From assembly GCA_016839445.1 (NCBI GenBank), contig JAEOUG010000135.1, forward strand, positions 1 through 15,276: a stretch of 15,276 nt of DNA, written 5' to 3'. A program made the position numbers and the translations under genes. The notes beneath the pieces were generated by a model, which did not search any database, had not been told where the DNA came from, and worked only from the letters and a program-made list of their open reading frames with translations. Positions 1 to 5,958 of the stretch are shown piece after piece; within the stretch, counting starts at the first letter, position 1, and every line of letters starts with the position of its first letter. Source of the stretch: Candidatus Thorarchaeota archaeon (GTDB lineage: Archaea > Asgardarchaeota > Thorarchaeia > Thorarchaeales > Thorarchaeaceae).

Positions 1-34
1 AGGGTATCAGATGGTAATGCTTAGCCTTCTGCAA

Positions 35-1387
35 TCAATGATTAAAGTGTTCTCCATTCTCTTCCGAGGCCACGGGAACAGACTGGACAAGAAGGCCCTT
101 CATGACAGTAGGTTCCTCGCCAAGGGCAAAGGCAGGCCACAGGGTCCTGAGAGTGCCGTTTTCGCGTGGGTAGGCAAGCGATGTCCAGAAGAACCAGCAG
201 TACAAGATGAGCGCCGGCACAACCTTTGAGCTGTGGTAGAGCACCGACCACATAGGCTCCCAATTTATGGGATTCACACCGGGATCCGCCCCTGACAGGA
301 GCGATATGATAGGCATCATTGGAATACTCATCAGAAGCGTCAGCAAGACAGGCACCCACCGAAGTCTGTCATTCGGGCCACCTCGAATCCATCCAAGAAC
401 CAGCAAAGCCAGCAGGAAGGTGTAGTGATGCTCCCAGACATCAGTCATGATGAAGAAGTACGACAACGCGAAGAGAGCCGAGCAGGACCATATGTCACGA
501 GAGTATAGCATCGCGACGAGTGATAGAGTGATGAAGATACCTGCGAGCAAGAGGGTTATCACGCGGAAGTCTCCTCCGGGCAAGCTGAACAAGTAGAGGA
601 TCAGCATCTTCAATGAATGACTCCCCGGATACGGGCTGAGATACATTGTGCGTGCGGCGTTGAAGTCAATGAAGAACAGGAGTGATTCGAGGCCATGGGG
701 AACCACAAGAATCGCCGCGGCCGTTATCAGACCCGCGCACAAGACAGTCCGGACTCTCGCTCCTGCAAGAAGGACCGGAGCAATCGTGAATGGGATGAGC
801 TTGGCGAGGCCACCAAGTGTCCATGAAGTGACAAGCGACAGTCCTCCCTTGACTCCGCTAGTGAACTGAGGGGAGGTTAGTGCGAAGAAAGTGAGAATCC
901 CCGACAGAAGCGTGACTTGGCCGAGATACAGCTCGATATAGATTGGCGAAAAGACAAACCACATCGCAGCTGCAATCCTCGCCTCCCAAGACGGACGTCC
1001 AAGCCTTCTCGCAACAGAGATAGTCCTCCATGCGGCCAGCCATATCGAAACCAGAATCAGGCCGACCCACGCCCAATAGGCAGTAATGGGGGGCAATAGG
1101 TTCAGGATGATACCAACAGAGTAGGCGAAGTAGGGCAGGTACCGATAGGGATAGAAGTACGGGACAACAGGAGAGGGCGGAAACGAGTAACATGAGATGC
1201 CGTTCAGAATGTTGGTCCCAGCCTGATAGAAGGCAAAGAAGTCTGCACCCTGACCTAACAGGTACTCCGTGTCATGGAATAGCGGGTTCAGCAGACCCGT
1301 CCACAGGGATGTGATGAGCATGACGTGGATGGCGAGTGCAGTGAGAAGGAATGTCCAGCTCACCCACTTCTGCATCCTCCCGTCCAT
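35..1387 (-). CDS. GT87/DUF2029-like multi-TM glycosyltransferase (GT-C fold)
   Basis: 450-aa polytopic membrane ORF. It carries GT87-like motifs: first-loop GADFFAFYQAG, YRYLP, LGQ, LAKLIP and WEHHY. Family call is from motif recognition. Confidence 0.75.
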   Translation of the reverse strand: MDGRMQKWVSWTFLLTALAIHVMLITSLWTGLLNPLFHDTEYLLGQGADFFAFYQAGTNILNGISCYSFPPSPVVPYFYPYRYLPYFAYSVGIILNLLPPITAYWAWVGLILVSIWLAAWRTISVARRLGRPSWEARIAAAMWFVFSPIYIELYLGQVTLLSGILTFFALTSPQFTSGVKGGLSLVTSWTLGGLAKLIPFTIAPVLLAGARVRTVLCAGLITAAAILVVPHGLESLLFFIDFNAARTMYLSPYPGSHSLKMLILYLFSLPGGDFRVITLLLAGIFITLSLVAMLYSRDIWSCSALFALSYFFIMTDVWEHHYTFLLALLVLGWIRGGPNDRLRWVPVLLTLLMSIPMMPIISLLSGADPGVNPINWEPMWSVLYHSSKVVPALILYCWFFWTSLAYPRENGTLRTLWPAFALGEEPTVMKGLLVQSVPVASEENGEHFNH

Positions 1388-1408
1388 GTTCGGAGCTGAG
1401 TTCTCGAG

Positions 1409-1414
1409 TCTTAA
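1409..1414 (-). promoter_or_regulatory. TATA-like box, probable leaderless transcript of the GT87 gene
   Basis: TTAAGA on the minus strand, 21 nt before the ATG at 1387. No obvious SD sequence. Confidence 0.35.
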
Positions 1415-1449
1415 GGACTTTCCTGATTCTCAAGCCAAGGATGATGCCC

Positions 1450-1485
1450 AAAAAAGAGTGATGAGTCCCCGAGGGAGGGACTCAC
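1450..1485 (-). terminator. Hairpin plus T-tract terminator
   Basis: TGAGTCCC (1462-1469) pairs with GGGACTCA (1477-1484). The stem extends by G-U pairs on the minus strand and is followed by CTCTTTTTT, about 50 nt past the stop at 1536. Confidence 0.65.
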
Positions 1486-1535
1486 ATACCTGTAAAGCAG
1501 GTGCGTTGCCGCTACTGCCGGATATCGGTGCGTAT

Positions 1536-2105
1536 TCAGGCCGCTTCTCCAACTTCCCTTCGGATCCACCATAGGAAGGCTACAAGAATCGGAATCCCGA
1601 AGATCAGCAAGTCCCAGGCCACCGCCGCCAAGAAAGAGTAGACCCATGCGTTGACAGTCCATGATTGAAACGGAAGTGCCCATCGACCGTCAAACCAGAC
1701 GACTAGCAACCAAGTAATCAGGACCAAGAAACCAAATGCATCCCCGCCCTCACGTGTGCCACGTTTGCGGCTTCCTCTCTTGTCCTCCTCAGGCAGGTTC
1801 CTGTACCACGGAACGACTAGGAGCACGGCGGCCACAGCAGCCCAACTTCCCACAAGGAGAAGTTCCCAGAAGATCAGATGTAGGACGAATGCGACCACAT
1901 AGCCGATAGTCCAGTTTCCGAGTGCAGTAGGCACAAAACCTGTAGTCTGGGCGGTCTGCACAAACCACAGCAAGACATAGGCCGCTGCTGAAGCAGCAAC
2001 CGCAATCAGAACACCAAAAACGGTCATCATGCGCCAGTGCTTCTTCAGAAATCTCTTATCCTTCTCATCAAAGTCAAAGCCTTTCTTTTCCATTTTCACT
2101 GTCAC
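1536..2105 (-). CDS. Hypothetical ~4-TM membrane protein
   Basis: 189-aa ORF with four Trp-rich hydrophobic segments and a charged loop, flanked by a TATA box and a terminator. The start could instead be the ATG at 2093. Confidence 0.8.
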   Translation of the reverse strand: MTVKMEKKGFDFDEKDKRFLKKHWRMMTVFGVLIAVAASAAAYVLLWFVQTAQTTGFVPTALGNWTIGYVVAFVLHLIFWELLLVGSWAAVAAVLLVVPWYRNLPEEDKRGSRKRGTREGGDAFGFLVLITWLLVVWFDGRWALPFQSWTVNAWVYSFLAAVAWDLLIFGIPILVAFLWWIRREVGEAA

Positions 2106-2130
2106 TAATCTTCTGGTTCTCCTGCCCGAG

Positions 2131-2138
2131 TATTTAAA
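2131..2138 (-). promoter_or_regulatory. Archaeal TATA box
   Basis: TTTAAATA on the minus strand, 25 nt upstream of the GTG at 2105. Confidence 0.6.
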
Positions 2139-2171
2139 GATTGAAAGTCAAGCCGCGTCTCTAGATACGTG

Positions 2172-3614
2172 CTAGAGAAGAGAGCCATCAAGCTGGTTGC
2201 TTGAGAGAACCTCCTTGAATGCCTGCTTCAGCTCCCCTTCCTTCTCGATACATATGACGGGGCGCTCGTATTGGTCGAGCAACTCCTGAACGCGTGTTCT
2301 AGCCCGTTCGAATGCCGACGGAGATCCTGTCTTTGACCAAGCATCGTGGCTGAGCCTGTCGATGAGCATGGACGGAAATAGGTGCTCTGACCGCAGATGT
2401 TCGCGTGTGTGCTTCAGGCCGAGGAAGTCGCCTCCGGGCCCGACGCTCGAAAGAACATCGAATTCCTTCTCTAATCGAAACTCTCCAGATCCTGCAATGG
2501 CTCTTTGAACCAGCTCGCAGACTTCATTGTCAATCACTAGCTTTTCGGTGGACTGGCAGTCCAATGCAGCTAACATACCAGGGCCCGACACAACATTGAT
2601 GCCCGCCAGACCAGCTAGGACCAACCCGACTCCTGCTTCCATGCCTGCCTGAGCATCCACTGTTTTCGAGTCACTGCCACCAAGGTAGGCTTGTGTAGGG
2701 AGTCCGATGTGCTTGCCGAGTCCTGAAGATAGGCATGCAACAAGAGATGCCTCAATTGCGGCGAAAGCTGGGGTAGCGTGCCTCATGTCAAGTACTCCCG
2801 GCGCTCCTCCGTAGACAACACGCGCTCCAGGGTTGACCAGCTGGGCCATGACTACGCCTGCCAGAATCTCTGCATGTGTCTGAATGAGTGTGCCCGTCAG
2901 AGTCACTGGACTTGTAGCCCCCATGAGAGGGGCGGGTACAATCTGAGCGGGAACATCCAGCCTTGCGCAGTCCACCAGGTTCTGCGTGGCAACATCTCCC
3001 CATGCCAGTGGGGAAAGCGGACAACAATCGAAGACTGCCAAAGGTCTCTCTTTCAGACCATCAAGTCCGCCTGTGAAGACTGCAAGCAGATCAACCATCC
3101 ACTTCAGGCCGTCCTTCGTGAATGCCCCAGTCACTACAGGCTTCGTAGAGTGCATTAGGACCAAGTACAGTCTGAAGATGTCAGAGACAGGAACTGGTGC
3201 CTCTGAAGGAACGATGGCGGTGCTCTGGGCCTGCAATCCTGAGAGCAATTCAACCAAACAGGCCATCTCTCGAAGGTCAGAACGTGTCGCCTTCCGGATA
3301 GATCCCGTGAAACGATCAAGAACCTTCGGGGCTGTTGATCCAGGGTTGAAGAGGACATGGTCACCCCCAACACGGAGTGGCTCCCTTTTCCTCGCATCGT
3401 AGAGATCGAATGATGATGGAGCACTCTGAAGAGCTTCGTCTACGAGGTCTTCAGGTATGAAGATGAGGCCCTTCTCAGACCGGCAGCCCCTTGACCGGAA
3501 TAGACCCTCTGCGTGCTGATTCTGTACTGACACTCCTGTCTTCTCAAGGAGGCGGATAGCGGTACTATGGATGTCATCCGCCTCAGACTTCGATAGAAAC
3601 TGGCACCTTCCCAT
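2172..3614 (-). CDS. MttB/COG5598 superfamily corrinoid-dependent methyltransferase, non-pyrrolysine type
   Basis: 480 aa with family motifs LSPLxW, GATSPVTLTGTLIQTHAEILAG, YGG, LDMR, SDSKTVDAQAGME, EKLVIDNE, VGPGGDFL and HT. No in-frame TAG. Confidence 0.9.
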   Translation of the reverse strand: MGRCQFLSKSEADDIHSTAIRLLEKTGVSVQNQHAEGLFRSRGCRSEKGLIFIPEDLVDEALQSAPSSFDLYDARKREPLRVGGDHVLFNPGSTAPKVLDRFTGSIRKATRSDLREMACLVELLSGLQAQSTAIVPSEAPVPVSDIFRLYLVLMHSTKPVVTGAFTKDGLKWMVDLLAVFTGGLDGLKERPLAVFDCCPLSPLAWGDVATQNLVDCARLDVPAQIVPAPLMGATSPVTLTGTLIQTHAEILAGVVMAQLVNPGARVVYGGAPGVLDMRHATPAFAAIEASLVACLSSGLGKHIGLPTQAYLGGSDSKTVDAQAGMEAGVGLVLAGLAGINVVSGPGMLAALDCQSTEKLVIDNEVCELVQRAIAGSGEFRLEKEFDVLSSVGPGGDFLGLKHTREHLRSEHLFPSMLIDRLSHDAWSKTGSPSAFERARTRVQELLDQYERPVICIEKEGELKQAFKEVLSSNQLDGSLL

Positions 3615-3710
3615 CCACGTACACCAGCCGAGTGGGAACTAGGCCCTCCCCCCACATTTCTCTTGTGTTTCTCATGCTGCGAACGAATGCGGCATACCAC
3701 AAGGCTGGCA
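3615..3710 (-). promoter_or_regulatory. Candidate structured 5' leader of the mttB homologue
   Basis: Nested helices read by eye: CCAGCC/GGCTGG, CTTGTG/CACAAG, ATGCCGC/GCAGCAT and GTGGGGG/TTCCCAC. The closing helix overlaps the GGTG SD-like motif. Confidence 0.4.
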
Positions 3711-3732
3711 ACCATAATCCACGAGTGAGTAC

Positions 3733-3741
3733 GTTAATATG
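3733..3741. promoter_or_regulatory. TATA-like element between divergent genes
   Basis: GTTAATATG is the clearest TATA-like run between the mttB start (3614, minus) and the ATG at 3776 (plus). Confidence 0.45.
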
Positions 3742-3775
3742 GAGGAAATGCAACCGAACTCGTTGGTGGGCAACA

Positions 3776-4291
3776 ATGGCGTTTGAAGAACCTAGATCAC
3801 CGCCTCCTCAATACGCCTCGCCTCTGATGGCGCTTGAGGGCATGACGCTGTTTGCGCTGCTTCTGCAGTTTGCATCAGGAGGAGTATCAGTCTACTACGG
3901 TTTGCCGAATGCACTCACGTCTATGGGCTTGATCTCCTATATCTCGCTAGAACCAACCGTCATACTCTTTCTCGTATCATGGTTCGGTCTGTCGATAATA
4001 GCCTGGGTTCAGCTGTACTTCGGCTATCGGATGTACAAGAAGGAGCCTGGCGCGGTCAATGGGGCAATCATGGTAAATGTGATTGCATTGATCCTGTATG
4101 TCCTTGATATTATAGCCTCCGCGAGCATCAGTATCCTATTCCTGATGGCCTATCCCCAGGTTCTCATCTTCTTCGCAGTGAACCTGATCACTCTTCTTCT
4201 GCTGTTCACGGGCAGCGTGAAGGCGGCCTTTGCTCCGGACTACTCGCAACCATCTCCCGGAACCGAGTACGGAACTTACCAGAACTGGTAG
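3776..4291 (+). CDS. Small 4-TM membrane protein of unknown function
   Basis: Part of ORF 3632..4291. The ATG at 3776 (MAFEEPRSPPPQY) is preferred because it lies downstream of the TATA-like box. Four hydrophobic helices, followed by a terminator. Confidence 0.75.
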   Translation: MAFEEPRSPPPQYASPLMALEGMTLFALLLQFASGGVSVYYGLPNALTSMGLISYISLEPTVILFLVSWFGLSIIAWVQLYFGYRMYKKEPGAVNGAIMVNVIALILYVLDIIASASISILFLMAYPQVLIFFAVNLITLLLLFTGSVKAAFAPDYSQPSPGTEYGTYQNW

Positions 4292-4303
4292 GGAGAAGTC
4301 ACA

Positions 4304-4347
4304 GGGTGAATCCCGCAACGCGGGATTGCACCCCATCTCTTTCTTTT
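4304..4347 (+). terminator. Hairpin plus T-tract terminator
   Basis: GGGTG-AATCCCGC, loop AAC, GCGGGATT-(G)-CACCC gives a 13-bp stem, followed by TCTCTTTCTTTT. Confidence 0.75.
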
Positions 4348-4445
4348 ATCGTAAGTGACAAGAAACAGAGGCTCATTCATGCGGAATGCGCATTATTACG
4401 CTGTCCCGCGCCCTCTGGAGCCTTCTAGGAGTATATCAGCGCGAG

Positions 4446-4453
4446 ATATATAT
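4446..4453 (+). promoter_or_regulatory. TATA box
   Basis: ATATATAT about 50 nt upstream of the ATG at 4505, with a GGAGG SD at 4493-4497. Confidence 0.5.
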
Positions 4454-4504
4454 GCCAGCAATACTCCAACCACTTCAACTCCTATTCGCATTGGAGGGTA
4501 AACG

Positions 4505-4894
4505 ATGGCAGAAATACCAACACCAACAACTGGATACTCAGCACCTTCGGGTGAGAGGCCACTGGGTGTGACAATCCTTGCTGTCCTAGAGTTCATTGCT
4601 GCAATTCTAGGTTTCATCGGCGGAATTGGACTCGTTGCCCTTGGCGCAGTGATTCCCTTCCTTGGGGCATTCGCTGCGATCTTCGGCATTGTAGTCATAC
4701 TGCTCGCACTCATTGACTTCATCATCGGCTACGGACTCTGGACACTCAAGTCCTGGGCCTGGATGCTAGCGCTAGTATTCAACATAATCAATGCAATCCT
4801 GAACCTAATCTTCTTCGACATAATCTCCCTGATTATCAACATCATCATTATCCTCTACCTACAGCAGGGAGACATCAAGAGCCGCTTCAGGTAA
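4505..4894 (+). CDS. Small 4-TM membrane protein (RPxGVTILA / GYGLW..K.WAW type, DUF2127/DUF7144-like)
   Basis: 129 aa with RPLGVTILAVL, GYGLWTLKSWAW and C-terminal YL...IKSRF. GGAGG SD upstream. Confidence 0.8.
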   Translation: MAEIPTPTTGYSAPSGERPLGVTILAVLEFIAAILGFIGGIGLVALGAVIPFLGAFAAIFGIVVILLALIDFIIGYGLWTLKSWAWMLALVFNIINAILNLIFFDIISLIINIIIILYLQQGDIKSRFR

Positions 4895-4931
4895 TCCTGA
4901 ATCAGCTCGCGTTGAGAAGAAAGGTATCGGA

Positions 4932-4974
4932 AGGGTCCGGGCTTCATACGAGGCCCGGGTCCCTATTCATTTTT
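4932..4974 (+). terminator. Hairpin plus T-tract terminator
   Basis: GGG-TCCGGGCTTC, loop ATAC, GAGGCCCGGG-(T)-CCC with two G-U pairs, followed by TATTCATTTTT. Confidence 0.7.
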
Positions 4975-5037
4975 CACAGACCCCATCGGAACAGATAGCG
5001 TTATCAGGACGCACTTGACTCCGGGCCGAGCAGAGGC

Positions 5038-5934
5038 TTGGCACAGGTGGATTTGCCGTTAGTTATCGTGCATGGTGGAGCAGGTTCCTGGAAGGATGAA
5101 CGCCTAAAGGTCGGGGTCGAATATGTGGAGAAGGCTGCAAGGGAAGGCTTCTCATGTCTGGAGCGTGGAGGCAGCGTTCTTGATGCTGCAGAGGCGTGCA
5201 CGCTTTTCATGGAGAGCTGCGGAGAGCTCAATGCCGGTAGAGGTGCTCGCCCTAATCGGGATGGGGAACTCGAGCTTGATGCAATGATAGTAAATGGCGC
5301 AGACATCACTTTCGGATCTGTTGCGGCCATCATAGGGATTGAGAACCCAATCTCGCTGGCCCGCTACATCATGGAGAGAACAGACTACAGCTTCTTTGCG
5401 GGCGGCAACGCTCATCGCATCTACGAGCAGATGATTTCAGAGGGCTACCGGGAGGAGAAGACACAGGGGGTCGTGATGGGGCCGCATGTTTCGTCCACTT
5501 CTGACACGGTCGGCTGTATCGTGGTTGACAAGTCAGGCAACATTGCCGCCACTTCATCCACGGGTGGTATTCCCAACAAAGCTCCAGGCAGGGTTGGGGA
5601 CAGCCCTGTAATGGGGGCAGGTGCGTATGCCAACCAGTGTTGTGGTGCTTCGGCTACTGGCTACGGAGAGCATATCATGCGAGTGGTCTTGAGCAGAACC
5701 ACAGTGCTCTATGTGGAGGAGGGACAAAGCCCAATGCAGGCTGCGAAACGAGGGATGGAGATCTTCGAGCAAAAGACAGGAAGCGAGGCAGGCATCATCG
5801 TTGCTGACGCAAAGGGCCGCTGGGGATACGCGACCAATGCCAAGGCTATGCCTGTGGCGGTGTTGGCCGGCAACGGTCTGAAGGTCACCTCATTCACATG
5901 CGTGAACGAGGAGAAGCAACAGGAAGAGACCTAG
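5038..5934 (+). CDS. iaaA: Isoaspartyl peptidase / L-asparaginase (Ntn hydrolase, asparaginase type 2)
   Basis: HGGAG, LNAGRG, ELDA, autoprocessing D|TVG nucleophile, STGG, GRVGDSP and TGxGE. The start may be the TTG at 5038 or the GTG at 5047. Confidence 0.92.
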   Translation: MAQVDLPLVIVHGGAGSWKDERLKVGVEYVEKAAREGFSCLERGGSVLDAAEACTLFMESCGELNAGRGARPNRDGELELDAMIVNGADITFGSVAAIIGIENPISLARYIMERTDYSFFAGGNAHRIYEQMISEGYREEKTQGVVMGPHVSSTSDTVGCIVVDKSGNIAATSSTGGIPNKAPGRVGDSPVMGAGAYANQCCGASATGYGEHIMRVVLSRTTVLYVEEGQSPMQAAKRGMEIFEQKTGSEAGIIVADAKGRWGYATNAKAMPVAVLAGNGLKVTSFTCVNEEKQQEET

Positions 5935-5958
5935 GACTCCATCGATTCGAAAGCCCAA

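Noticed and set aside
1-24. Possible 3' end of a plus-strand gene (RVSDGNA-stop)
   Set aside because: Too short to support.
2145-2174. Pyrrolysine readthrough of the mttB TAG
   Set aside because: The TAG is at the normal C-terminus and a TGA follows within 8 codons. Six of the 13 complete genes end in TAG, consistent with ordinary stop usage.
3630-3715. SAM-I-like words (GGGAACTAGGCCC, GGCAACC) and THF-like AACGAA..GCGG on the plus strand
   Set aside because: The spacing and remaining core elements do not fit, and the words are antisense to the methyltransferase gene.
3632-3775. 48-aa N-terminal extension of ORF 3632..4291
   Set aside because: It spans the divergent promoter region and reads as non-coding. 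The ATG at 3776 fits the TATA position and the paralogue better.
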